Made by a program: the position numbers and the translations under genes | The notes under the pieces: model-generated | What the model was told of the DNA's origin: nothing | Databases searched by the model: none | What the model saw: the letters and a program-made list of their open reading frames with translations, nothing else | Assembly (NCBI GenBank): GCA_964556195.1 | Contig: CAZKVK010000004.1 | Location: 375 to 64,374 of the forward strand | DNA: 64,000 nt | Reading direction: 5' to 3' | Origin: an uncultured Candidatus Poseidoniales archaeon | GTDB taxonomy: Archaea > Thermoplasmatota > Poseidoniia > Poseidoniales > Thalassarchaeaceae | Part shown: positions 1-8,807 of the stretch, one piece after another | Position numbering within the stretch: position 1 is the stretch's first letter | How the letters are laid out: the number at the start of each line of letters is the position of its first letter

Positions 1-94
1 TACTAGCAGGAGCGATGTATGGCAAAACCAACAGAGTTAGACCAACGCATAGTGGTGTAAGTGTGATGAATGTTAGAGGATCTGACTGAATCAA
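1..94 (-). CDS. nuoM: Probable 5' end of NADH-quinone oxidoreductase subunit M/N-type gene (partial, runs off the window)
   Basis: The frame is open from a TTG at 94-92, which overlaps the nuoL TGA stop at 93-91, to the window edge. The translation LIQSDPLTFITLTPLCVGLTLLVLPYIAPAS is hydrophobic like a first helix. The position after nuoL fits nuo gene order. The fragment is too short to confirm. Confidence 0.35.
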   Translation of the reverse strand, partial: MIQSDPLTFITLTPLCVGLTLLVLPYIAPAS

Positions 95-2388
95 CCGCTC
101 ACCCCCCAAATTAGAGCGAATATACACAGTGCACCGACCGCTGCCATCAGAATGTAGTCACGAGCACTACCGGTTGTTATTCTGCGAATCTGGACAGAAC
201 CGAAAACGGAGTTGGATTCTATCTGCTTGACTACTCCATCGATTACATTAGCGTCGAACCAAGCTGCAAAGGCCGAAAATGGAACGATGGTCTTTCCGAG
301 TGCCCATTCGTATAGGTCATCGAAATACAGACGATTCTGTAGTGCCTCTGCAAATTGTGAATTTGCTAATTCATCGACATTCTGGCTACCGAACTTGCTA
401 GATAGATTGGTAAGCCAGTGAACCAATGGTGTTGCCTGTTCACCCTCCTTGAGTGAACCACCATATACACGGGCGGCAAATATTGGACCAATGATGAAAG
501 ATAGAAGAATAGTGGTCCAGCCAACCATTCTAACTTGTTCATCCTCGGGTAGGAAGGCATGCTCTAATTCGTAAATCACCTGATCGATAAATGTAGACTT
601 GTGGATGGATAGGTGGTCGGTCTCTCCAGACAACCAATCTACCATTCCATAAAGGGCGAGACCGAAGCCTCCTAGAGCAGTGATTATTGAGAGAAGCACT
701 AGTGGGGTCTTAATCCAGGGAGTCTCCTCATGGACATGATCGACGAGTTCGTTCTTTGGCTCGCCGGCGAAGGTCATGAACCACATTCGTGACATGTAGA
801 AGCCGGTCATACCAGCGGTTGCTAGAATCAGTAGAGCCGGCCCTAACAATGCGTCTGCTCCGTTGAAGTAAGCATACCAGGTCTTTCCAACGATAATTTC
901 CTTTGACCAGAATCCACCGATTAATGGAATCCCAATAATCGACATCGAACCAAACATCATAGCTGTGGCAGTTACCGGTAGTTTACTGGCCAGGCCACCC
1001 ATGTTACGCATATCTTGAGGGTCGAAGTCATGGTCACCATGGTCACCATGATGCAAATGGTCGTGGGCGTGGTGAACCTCGTGGATTACTGAACCGCTCG
1101 CCATAAACAGCATTCCCTTAGCCATGGCATGATTGAAGAGATGGAATAGAGCACCGCCGAAGACTAGAGCGCCCGCATGGTGCTTATCGTGATTGAAGAA
1201 CCAAAGAGCCGCTCCTAATCCTGTGAATATGTAAGCGAGTTGACTCATCGTCGAATATGCTAGAACCTTCTTGATATCATTCTGTACGAAGGCGATTGCC
1301 GCAGCCATGAAAGCAGTAATCCCACCAACCCAAGCGACGATGAGACCCAAGTCTTCCATTCCCGCCACACCATTATGATGAACATCGACGAAAGGCACCA
1401 TTCTAGCGACGAGATACAATCCAGCATTCACCATGGTAGCGGCGTGGATAAGAGCCGACACTGGAGTCGGACCTTCCATCGCATCTGGGAGCCAAACGTG
1501 TAGTGGGAATTGGGCCGACTTACCTACGGCTCCGATGAATAGCATTAGTAGTGCGGTCTCCAACATCGCCGCATCTACCGCGGCTCCACCTACTCCGGTA
1601 GATGGATCATCGAAGACAACGGCGAAGTCTAGAGAGCCGTATATGTCGTAGAGCATCAGTAGTCCAATCAGTAGGAATACGTCTCCTACGCGAGTTGTAA
1701 GGAAAGCCTTCTTTGCAGCGTAGGCGGCACTTTCCTTCCAGTAATAGAATCCAATCAGCAGATAGGAACAGAGACCCATTATCTCCCAGAAGATGAATAG
1801 CCATAGGAAGTTGTCAGCAAGGACCATTCCAAACATACCCATGCTGAATAGAACGAATTCCGCAAAGAATCGGTGGTTGGAGTTGTCATTAATTGAATCA
1901 GTAGTCATGTATCCGATTGCAAACCAACAGATAAGGAAGCAAAGGAAGGTAGCAACGAACAGCAACATTATGCTAACCGCATCAAGATAGATTCCAAGAC
2001 CAATTCCACTGAATCCTGAGGAAGCTATCGACCATCCCTCTGAATCATAGGTTAGGACATCGAAGGTCAACCAGCTGAATGGATCTCCAGATTCTATATG
2101 TCCATGGTGATCGAGATAATCGTAAATCAGCCAAATAGCGGTGGAAAGAGAGACGCTGAGCGCCCCAAGCCCTAGGATTCCTCCTTCCTTCAAGCGATTT
2201 ACCCAAAATTCATCGCCATTCCAAACCTGACCTGCAATTGCAATCGTTGCAAAGAATAACAATGGTGCGGCGACAATCAACCACCAATATTCTGTTGATG
2301 ATTCCCCTGTGCTGTAGAGGTAAGGTACGATTGCCAGAAATGGCAATATGAAGAGTAGTCTATCCCACTCCTGCTTATTTTCACCCAT
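91..2388 (-). CDS. nuoL: NADH-quinone oxidoreductase subunit L (antiporter-like, ND5/Mrp family)
   Basis: 765-aa polytopic membrane protein. It carries the motifs WLPDAMEGPTPVSALIHAATMVNAGLYLVARM and FWSKE, and it follows nuoK. It contains a His-rich loop insertion. Confidence 0.9.
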   Translation of the reverse strand: MGENKQEWDRLLFILPFLAIVPYLYSTGESSTEYWWLIVAAPLLFFATIAIAGQVWNGDEFWVNRLKEGGILGLGALSVSLSTAIWLIYDYLDHHGHIESGDPFSWLTFDVLTYDSEGWSIASSGFSGIGLGIYLDAVSIMLLFVATFLCFLICWFAIGYMTTDSINDNSNHRFFAEFVLFSMGMFGMVLADNFLWLFIFWEIMGLCSYLLIGFYYWKESAAYAAKKAFLTTRVGDVFLLIGLLMLYDIYGSLDFAVVFDDPSTGVGGAAVDAAMLETALLMLFIGAVGKSAQFPLHVWLPDAMEGPTPVSALIHAATMVNAGLYLVARMVPFVDVHHNGVAGMEDLGLIVAWVGGITAFMAAAIAFVQNDIKKVLAYSTMSQLAYIFTGLGAALWFFNHDKHHAGALVFGGALFHLFNHAMAKGMLFMASGSVIHEVHHAHDHLHHGDHGDHDFDPQDMRNMGGLASKLPVTATAMMFGSMSIIGIPLIGGFWSKEIIVGKTWYAYFNGADALLGPALLILATAGMTGFYMSRMWFMTFAGEPKNELVDHVHEETPWIKTPLVLLSIITALGGFGLALYGMVDWLSGETDHLSIHKSTFIDQVIYELEHAFLPEDEQVRMVGWTTILLSFIIGPIFAARVYGGSLKEGEQATPLVHWLTNLSSKFGSQNVDELANSQFAEALQNRLYFDDLYEWALGKTIVPFSAFAAWFDANVIDGVVKQIESNSVFGSVQIRRITTGSARDYILMAAVGALCIFALIWGVSG

Positions 2389-2397
2389 ATTTTCACC

Positions 2398-2703
2398 TCA
2401 ATTTCTCAGAAGAGTCGCTTCGTCGAGCGAAATTGTCTCCTGTGTACTGTACAAGGAAAGTAGAATTGCAAGACCGATAGCAACTTCCGCGGCTGCTATT
2501 GCAATTGCAACCGCGGTGAATACCCAGCCGTCAACTGAACCATGATGTAGGGCTCCGGCGACGAAGTTTAGATTGGCAGCGTTCAACATCACTTCAATGC
2601 ACATCAGAACGACGATGGCATTCTTGCGACTAAAGGCTCCAATCAATCCAATACCAAAGAGAATAACGCCAAGACCGGCAATCCAACTGGCTTCAATCAT
2701 CAC
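2398..2703 (-). CDS. nuoK: NADH-quinone oxidoreductase subunit K
   Basis: 101 aa with 3 TM helices. The sequence FSRKNAIVVLMCIEVMLNAANLNFVA is typical of NuoK/ND4L, and the gene lies between nuoJ and nuoL. Confidence 0.9.
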   Translation of the reverse strand: MMIEASWIAGLGVILFGIGLIGAFSRKNAIVVLMCIEVMLNAANLNFVAGALHHGSVDGWVFTAVAIAIAAAEVAIGLAILLSLYSTQETISLDEATLLRN

Positions 2704-2966
2704 TCATCACCTCCCATATCGTAAAGGAGATTGACGAGGCGCTCGTCACGGACGAGGTAAGATGCACCAATCATGGCCATCGAAAGTAGGATTCCTAGGA
2801 CAACTGTGACAAGTGCCCAATCATCTAAGATTGAAACTGCAAAGTCGAGTGTGGTTGGAGCTCCGACAGCAGGTTCCCCCCACATCGGATGTTCCATTAC
2901 TTCTCTTAGCAGAATTAGGACGAAAGCAAAAACGCCGAAGCGAGCGATGGTTCCCACGGCCTTCAT
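2700..2966 (-). CDS. nuoJ: NADH-quinone oxidoreductase subunit J, C-terminal half (split nuoJ)
   Basis: 88-aa membrane protein between the nuoJ N-terminal half and nuoK. There are 4-nt start/stop overlaps on both sides (2963-2966 and 2700-2703). Confidence 0.65.
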   Translation of the reverse strand: MKAVGTIARFGVFAFVLILLREVMEHPMWGEPAVGAPTTLDFAVSILDDWALVTVVLGILLSMAMIGASYLVRDERLVNLLYDMGGDE

Positions 2967-3241
2967 TCAACATCACCTTCCTGTATCTGGCGTCGAGTTA
3001 ACATAACTCCGAACTGAACCACAAGCATTACCGAACCAAGGTAAACTAGAATCTGAATCGCTGCCAACATCTCGGCGTGGGCTAATACCATGACTCCAGC
3101 AACCGCGAAGAATGTCATCATTAGAGAGAGAAGGGAATGTGCTACTCTGCGCGCGTAGACACAGCCGAGAGCTCCGAGAATTGCAACAAGCGCCATAATG
3201 ACGAATGCAACGGCCTCGAAATTCGCAGCCATCGGAATCAA
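2963..3241 (-). CDS. nuoJ: NADH-quinone oxidoreductase subunit J, N-terminal half (split nuoJ)
   Basis: 92 aa with 3 TM helices. The sequence HSLLSLMMTFFAVAGVMVLAHAEMLAAIQILVYLGSVMLVVQFGVML resembles the ND6/NuoJ N-terminus. Its start overlaps the nuoI stop. Confidence 0.75.
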   Translation of the reverse strand: MIPMAANFEAVAFVIMALVAILGALGCVYARRVAHSLLSLMMTFFAVAGVMVLAHAEMLAAIQILVYLGSVMLVVQFGVMLTRRQIQEGDVE

Positions 3242-4221
3242 GCCTCCGCTTCCTTGGCAGCTCTAGCTGCCTTTCTTTCACGCTTATCTTTCTCCTTCTT
3301 TGCGCGTTTTGCAAGTTCCATATCGACTCGCTCTTGATGAACCGCTGGAAGTACACGAGTTCTATCTGCATCGAACCAAAGATCCTCACGAGAGTATCCG
3401 GACATTCCATCGTACTCATTCGTCATGAAGAATGACTCGAATGGGCAGGCCTCAGCACACAATCCACAGAACATACAACGACCGATATCTATTCGGCCGC
3501 TGACGATATCTGTCTCGGCCGGTGTGAGGTCGGTGGTGGAAATATCCTCGATACCAGATCCATCCATCCAACGGACGGTAGCGGTATCTCCGGAGATGTC
3601 TATTACCTCTGCGAAATCGTATTGTTGCGGAGCTGCAGAATGCTCATTGACCAAGTCGAATTCCTCTATTTCTTCGAACTCTTCCTTTGGCTTTGCGGCG
3701 TATCCACCCGCCTCGACTTCTGAACCGTAGCCGTGCCACTCGTCACCTTCCTCAGTCAAGTCGAGAACATTGACTCTAACTTCAGAAGTCATGTGAAGAC
3801 AGTCGTTAGGGCAAGCTTTGACACAGGCCTTACAGGCGGTACAGGTCTCCCAAACGATTCCTATCCTTCCGTTGTAATTTCCTGGAACGAATAGCCATGG
3901 CTCCATGTCTTCTAATCGCTCGTAAGGATACATCACAGTGACTGGTCTCTCAAGGAAAGGAAGTAGGTCGGTAGATTCTCTGTCAGCGGCATATGTGTGT
4001 CCTTCTGAAAGATGGTTGTCACCAATTCTCGCTTGGGTAAAATCGTCGGTCATAGTAACCTGTTGACCGTGATAATTATTCTTTAGAAGACCTAGTCGGC
4101 CTAGGAAAGGAACTGTTCGTAATGCAGTCTTCATAGTCATCCACATTGGCCTGATAATCAGGTTGCGGAAGTTAGGAACCGCGTGCGGGTGTCCAGTGTT
4201 GTACTGTTGTGATTTATCCAT
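3238..4221 (-). CDS. nuoI: NADH-quinone oxidoreductase subunit I (2x[4Fe-4S] ferredoxin-type), strongly expanded
   Basis: It has two CxxCxxCxxxCP motifs, CTACKACVKACP and CMFCGLCAEACP, and lies between nuoH and nuoJ. At 327 aa it has a 110-residue acidic spacer between the clusters and a Lys/Glu-rich tail. Confidence 0.85.
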   Translation of the reverse strand: MDKSQQYNTGHPHAVPNFRNLIIRPMWMTMKTALRTVPFLGRLGLLKNNYHGQQVTMTDDFTQARIGDNHLSEGHTYAADRESTDLLPFLERPVTVMYPYERLEDMEPWLFVPGNYNGRIGIVWETCTACKACVKACPNDCLHMTSEVRVNVLDLTEEGDEWHGYGSEVEAGGYAAKPKEEFEEIEEFDLVNEHSAAPQQYDFAEVIDISGDTATVRWMDGSGIEDISTTDLTPAETDIVSGRIDIGRCMFCGLCAEACPFESFFMTNEYDGMSGYSREDLWFDADRTRVLPAVHQERVDMELAKRAKKEKDKRERKAARAAKEAEA

Positions 4222-4236
4222 TCATTCACCTCCAAT

Positions 4237-5778
4237 CTAATCTCTGTGTGTACCTGGGCTGGCTTTCTCCAAGGCCTGAGTATGATACATCCTTCGGTTA
4301 AGTTCCAACGCATCTTCGTCCTCGTCTAAGGCGAGTACAATGAAAGCGAGTATGAATGAGCCAAAGAGGACTGGAACCGCCCAAATCGGCCAGCCTCCTG
4401 CTGCTGTACTATCCCAAACCTCGAGACGTAGCCAGATGGCTACGGTGAGGTTAACCATCGAAGCCGGTAGAAGCCAGCGCCAGCCAAACTCGAGAATTTG
4501 ATCCGTTCGAACACGGTGTAGGGAAGCGCGAACCCAGACGAAGAAGGCGAACATTAGGTACGCCTTGAGAAGTAGAACCACTAATCCAGGCGTTGCATTT
4601 GCTAACAAGTCAAAGATGAAGCCCACATACGGTAGACCTACCAAAGTGTCCTCAAATGGCAATTGCCAGCCACCCAAGAAGAAGAGAGCGAACAGGATAC
4701 AAGCCGCGTAGGCCCGCATCATCTCAACAGCGAACATAAGTCCCCATCGTATTCCACCGTACTCTGTCCACCAACCCTCTACTAATTCGGCCTCAGCCTC
4801 AGGCATATCGAATGGGATACGCTCGACTTCAGCAATCATTGTGATTAGGAATAATGCAGCGCCCAACGGCATGATGAAGAGATTCCAAGTATTACTTGTC
4901 TCAATTTGGAAGTCCACTATCTCTAGTATATTGAATGAGCCTGAGATTACTGCAATCGCTAAAACGCTAATCAACAAAGGAATCTCGTAAGCAGTAAGTT
5001 GTGCTGCAGATCTCATACCGCCGATGAGTGTGTATTTGTTGTTTGATGACCAACCTGCAAAGAACACGCCAAGTGGAGCAACTCCAAACACTGCCATCAT
5101 GAATACCAAAGACAACTCTGGATTTGCTGCCCAAATATGTGGCCCGAACGGGATAAATGCATAGACCATGATTGTGGTTGCAATAATGATTACTGGGGCG
5201 GTTTCGAAAACCAATCTGTCGGCCTTTGTTGGAACCATATGTTCCTTAGTCGCGAACTTAAGGAAGTCCGCCAGTGCTTGGAAGAAACCGGGGAATAGGA
5301 ACCAAATTCCATGGTAACCTCGGTTGGAAACACGGTCTACTGCAATATGCTTGGATTTATTTCCAAAGCTTGAGTTTAGCATTCCGTTTACCCAGCCAAT
5401 GGGTGCGCCTATTCCAAACGGTAGTTGATTCCACCATTGGCCGGCAGTGGTGTGCCCTTCACCAATCCACAAACTTCTGAGGCTGGTAGTTGCACCTAGT
5501 CTATCCATCAATCTAGCAATGAATTTGCGCTCAATGTATGGAACTACCATCAAGGTCAGCATCATTGTGGCAAAGACGATTGTACACATTATTGTGGTGA
5601 ATAGGAACGTTTCTAGTGCCCCTTGGATGCTAGCGAATTCTCCTTGCAAATTAATTGAGCCGAGTGGCCCCAAACCAATTTCACTCGATGGTAACAAATC
5701 ATGAACTTGGTCCATTGACCAACCTACGAGAGACTCCATCCAACCACGGAGATCTAACCAATCGCTAGTTCCGGCCAT
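4237..5778 (-). CDS. nuoH: NADH-quinone oxidoreductase subunit H (ND1 family), expanded
   Basis: 513-aa polytopic protein with YIERKFIARLMDRLG...FFQALADFLKFATKE and PFDMPEAEAELVEGWWTEYGG motifs typical of NuoH. It carries extra N-terminal, internal and C-terminal segments. Confidence 0.85.
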   Translation of the reverse strand: MAGTSDWLDLRGWMESLVGWSMDQVHDLLPSSEIGLGPLGSINLQGEFASIQGALETFLFTTIMCTIVFATMMLTLMVVPYIERKFIARLMDRLGATTSLRSLWIGEGHTTAGQWWNQLPFGIGAPIGWVNGMLNSSFGNKSKHIAVDRVSNRGYHGIWFLFPGFFQALADFLKFATKEHMVPTKADRLVFETAPVIIIATTIMVYAFIPFGPHIWAANPELSLVFMMAVFGVAPLGVFFAGWSSNNKYTLIGGMRSAAQLTAYEIPLLISVLAIAVISGSFNILEIVDFQIETSNTWNLFIMPLGAALFLITMIAEVERIPFDMPEAEAELVEGWWTEYGGIRWGLMFAVEMMRAYAACILFALFFLGGWQLPFEDTLVGLPYVGFIFDLLANATPGLVVLLLKAYLMFAFFVWVRASLHRVRTDQILEFGWRWLLPASMVNLTVAIWLRLEVWDSTAAGGWPIWAVPVLFGSFILAFIVLALDEDEDALELNRRMYHTQALEKASPGTHRD

Positions 5779-5784
5779 TGTAAA

Positions 5785-6921
5785 TCACCTGTCAGTCTCC
5801 CCAATACATGGATCGAACGAACCCATGATTGCAGGTATATCGGCCACCTTGTAGCCAATCATGCACTTTGCAGCGTATGGAATTGTGATGAATATTGGAG
5901 AACGGATTGAGACACGGTAAGGCATCTTTCCTCGACCCTCTCCTCCTCCTGCGATGTAGAACATCGATTCACCTCGACTATCTTCGAAGTGGTGGCTTCC
6001 GTAGGTTCCCTCTGGGGCTCTGGATGGAGCCTTTGCGAGAATTTTCGGATCGCCTGGCTCGTGATATGTTTCAGAGCCACCCGGCATCTTATCGAGTGCT
6101 TGGAGTACCATCGATGCACTCATTCGCATCTCTTCCACGCGCACTCTATAGCGGTCGTAGCAGTCTGCACCCTTGATTGAAGAGCGTTCGACTGAAGGTT
6201 GCCAGTCCAGTTCGCTGTAGACAGAGTATGGGTGAGCCCAGCGAACGTCGTAATCGACACCTGCGGCTCGCACATTTGGCCCGGTGACTCCGTGATTGAT
6301 CATTTCCTCAGGCTTGGCGTAGCCGACGCCTTGGCTTCTGACGAGGAATACTGTACTCTCATCAAATAGTGCCTCGTATTCCTGAATTCGGTTGAGGAAT
6401 AGTTTGAGTTTTGCTTGTGCACGCTGAGAGAATCCATGCGGTAAATCGCGCTTGACGCCACCAATTCGTGGGAAATTGTAGTGCATTCTAGAACCTCCCA
6501 ACTCTTGTAACAAATCCATCATCATCTCGCGCTCACGTAAGCACCAAACCATAATCGATAGATTGCCGATATCTGGACCATATGCACCGAGCCACATTAG
6601 GTGGCTTGCGATTCTTTGTAACTCGACCGCAATGAGGCGGATGTATTCGGCTCGCTCAGGAACTTCAACACCGAGCAAGTCTTCTGCAGCGTAGATATAA
6701 GAGTGTGACCAAGTGTTTGCACTAGCGTAACATAGCCTATCACAATATGTCGTAATCTGAGTAAAGTCACGCGCCTCACAAATCTTCTCAACGCCTCTAT
6801 GGATGTATCCAAGATCCGGTTCGGTATCGACTACAGTCTCTCCGTCGACTTTGACCTTCAGAGTCCAAAGGCCGTGAGTCATTGGGTGTTGAGGACCCAT
6901 TGATATCCACATTTCAGCCAT
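5785..6921 (-). CDS. nuoD: NADH-quinone oxidoreductase subunit D (49-kDa subunit)
   Basis: 378 aa. It starts MGPQHPMTHGLWTLKVKVDGETVVDTEPDLGYIHRGVEKICE and ends with the typical GSFDPCIGETDR. Confidence 0.92.
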   Translation of the reverse strand: MAEMWISMGPQHPMTHGLWTLKVKVDGETVVDTEPDLGYIHRGVEKICEARDFTQITTYCDRLCYASANTWSHSYIYAAEDLLGVEVPERAEYIRLIAVELQRIASHLMWLGAYGPDIGNLSIMVWCLREREMMMDLLQELGGSRMHYNFPRIGGVKRDLPHGFSQRAQAKLKLFLNRIQEYEALFDESTVFLVRSQGVGYAKPEEMINHGVTGPNVRAAGVDYDVRWAHPYSVYSELDWQPSVERSSIKGADCYDRYRVRVEEMRMSASMVLQALDKMPGGSETYHEPGDPKILAKAPSRAPEGTYGSHHFEDSRGESMFYIAGGGEGRGKMPYRVSIRSPIFITIPYAAKCMIGYKVADIPAIMGSFDPCIGETDR

Positions 6922-6933
6922 GTCAATCCCTCC

Positions 6934-7590
6934 TCACTTGATCTTTCCAGCATCGGCTGGTTTCCTCATGAACCCTTGAGCGTCGTCGTACATCTCTTCA
7001 AATCCATGATAGCGCAACTTGTGTTGCTTCTGTAGTGGATGATATCCTACTGGAGTTTCGTGTGGGTTAAGGACACGGCGCATTCCATCATGGCCCTCAA
7101 AGTCGATTCCGACAAGATCCCAAGTTTCTTTCTCGTTCCAATCCGCTCCAACCCACAGATCTTGCACAGAAGCAACCATAGGTTCTCGGGTATCTGGCAA
7201 AGAAATGCTAATCTGAATCTCAATTGGAACTTCAGCACCAATCAAAGCATCTGCATCGGTGATATTTGGTTGGACTACCCCTTCGATTACCGCTGGATCA
7301 CTAACTCCTGTTCGCATTAGGTGATACACAACCTCCCATGTCTTGTCCGCAGCCTCTGGCCAGTGGATTCCAGTAATCATCGAACAATGGTCAACACCAT
7401 GGGTTGATGCGAGGGTTTCTGCTAACTGTCTCCACGAGTCGGGAGTAGAGGTTGCGCTTACTGTATGGCGTACCTGTGTGCCGCTTGAACGGCTATCGAG
7501 TTCAGCTGAGACTCCATCTATAATCGAAATTGCCTTTGCCAATTCCTCGGCTGCTTTCTGCTGAGCCGCTGCTGAGATTTTCTTACCCAT
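6934..7590 (-). CDS. nuoC: NADH-quinone oxidoreductase subunit C (30-kDa subunit)
   Basis: 218 aa. NEKETWDLVGIDFEGHDGMRRVL matches the ERExxDxxGxxFxGHP signature, and the gene lies between nuoB and nuoD. Confidence 0.8.
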   Translation of the reverse strand: MGKKISAAAQQKAAEELAKAISIIDGVSAELDSRSSGTQVRHTVSATSTPDSWRQLAETLASTHGVDHCSMITGIHWPEAADKTWEVVYHLMRTGVSDPAVIEGVVQPNITDADALIGAEVPIEIQISISLPDTREPMVASVQDLWVGADWNEKETWDLVGIDFEGHDGMRRVLNPHETPVGYHPLQKQHKLRYHGFEEMYDDAQGFMRKPADAGKIK

Positions 7591-7603
7591 ACAGAATCCT
7601 CCT

Positions 7604-8200
7604 TCACTCGTCTCCGACGATTAGCGGCGCCTCGCTCATCGGCCTAACTTCACTTGGAACTCCGCCGATGCGGATAATCTTCTCACGTAACTTTCCAAAG
7701 CCGTCGATTAATGCCTCTGGGCGAGGAGGGCATCCTGGAATGTACACATCAACAGGAATTACTGTGTCAACTCCTTCTAGGATGTTGTATGATTGGAAGT
7801 ATGGCCCTCCTGAAATTGCACACTCGCCCATTGCAATGCACCACTTTGGCTCAGGCATTTGCTCCCAAAGTCTTACAATTGGATCAGCGAACTTCTTGGA
7901 AATAGGCCCGTTGACCAATAGGACATCACATTGCCTAGGGCTAGAGCGGAAGAACACACCGAATCTCTCTGCATCGAACCGACTGGCTCCCGCGGCTGCC
8001 ATTTCTAGTGCACAGCATTTGATTCCAAGGTGCAGAGGGAAAAGCGACTTCCGCTGACCCCAATTGAACAGACGGCCACCAAGTACTCCGATTACTTCTT
8101 TCATTCGGCTAGCCTTGAGTGCCTCGTCTGTTACATCCCCTACGGTGTCGACGAGAATTCTACTATTGAAAACCGAGAAGTTTTGGGGTTCTTCACTCAT
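7604..8200 (-). CDS. nuoB: NADH-quinone oxidoreductase subunit B (PSST/20-kDa, N2 cluster)
   Basis: 198 aa with the conserved cluster ligands: LGIKCCALEM, SPRQCDVLLVNG, MGECAISGGPY, and YIPGCPPRPEAL. Confidence 0.92.
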   Translation of the reverse strand: MSEEPQNFSVFNSRILVDTVGDVTDEALKASRMKEVIGVLGGRLFNWGQRKSLFPLHLGIKCCALEMAAAGASRFDAERFGVFFRSSPRQCDVLLVNGPISKKFADPIVRLWEQMPEPKWCIAMGECAISGGPYFQSYNILEGVDTVIPVDVYIPGCPPRPEALIDGFGKLREKIIRIGGVPSEVRPMSEAPLIVGDE

Positions 8201-8209
8201 TCAATCACC

Positions 8210-8656
8210 TCAGATGTAAATTCTACCGCGCTTGCGAAAGACGTGCCAGACACCCAAACTCATCAGAACGATGAACACGGTTAGTGTAATCATCGCTGAC
8301 CAGATATCGATTTCTCCACCAGTTTCTTGAATCGCTATTACTCCTCCAAATGCTAGAAACATAAATGCGATATCGAACACAAGGAAGATGATTGCATACC
8401 AATAGTATTGGAAATGGAAATTGATGTGAGCGTCTCCGACTGGATCTGCACCACACTCGTAGGTACTTTCTCGCCTGACATATAGGCTCTGATCCGTCTC
8501 GTAACCAGGGAGTAAAATCGAGCGTAATTTGTTGTTGTCGTGGGCACTTGGAGTCGGCCTTAGGAAGCGAGAAGCAACGAAGCTCATCACTGGGAATCCT
8601 ATGCCGACGAGGGTCATCACAGCTAGAGCAAGATATGCTTCTGGAACCGTCGACAT
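8210..8656 (-). CDS. nuoA: NADH-quinone oxidoreductase subunit A
   Basis: It has the YECG motif and FQYYWYAIIFLVFDIAFMFL. I prefer the ATG at 8656, which is preceded by AGGTG (8663-8667 on the plus strand). The ORF track starts at a GTG at 8665 that lies inside that Shine-Dalgarno sequence. Confidence 0.8.
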   Translation of the reverse strand: MSTVPEAYLALAVMTLVGIGFPVMSFVASRFLRPTPSAHDNNKLRSILLPGYETDQSLYVRRESTYECGADPVGDAHINFHFQYYWYAIIFLVFDIAFMFLAFGGVIAIQETGGEIDIWSAMITLTVFIVLMSLGVWHVFRKRGRIYI

Positions 8657-8670
8657 CGTTGACACCTGAC

Positions 8671-8685
8671 GGTCCCGTAGGGACC
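8671..8685 (-). other. Perfect 6-bp GC-rich hairpin (GGTCCC-gta-GGGACC) just upstream of the nuoA ribosome-binding site
   Basis: The inverted repeat is read directly from the sequence. It lies in the spacer between the 892-aa surface-protein gene and nuoA. Its role (terminator, processing site or leader structure) is unknown. Confidence 0.3.
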
Positions 8686-8807
8686 GGCAGACTCGGCCAC
8701 AGAAAATTCGGTCATAAGCATAACCGTGCGTTCATTGAGGATGCTTAAGGCGGACAATACAATCGAATGATTTGAGGTTAAGATTTGACTTGAGCAAATG
8801 GCTTGGC

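Noticed and set aside
63-89. C/D-box sRNA-like arrangement: GTGATGA, then 12 nt, then CTGACTGA on the plus strand.
   Set aside because: I saw no C' box or terminal D box with proper spacing and no terminal stem. The motif lies at the nuoL/nuoM junction, antisense to the operon. It is most likely chance.
2973-3419. 148-aa minus-strand ORF in an alternative frame over nuoI/nuoJ.
   Set aside because: It overlaps two recognisable nuo genes in another frame, and its product is Arg/Ser-rich with no motif.
7530-8057. 175-aa plus-strand ORF.
   Set aside because: It lies entirely antisense to the well-supported nuoB and nuoC genes. Its translation is Ser/Pro/Leu-rich with no motif. This is the typical shadow ORF of a coding region.
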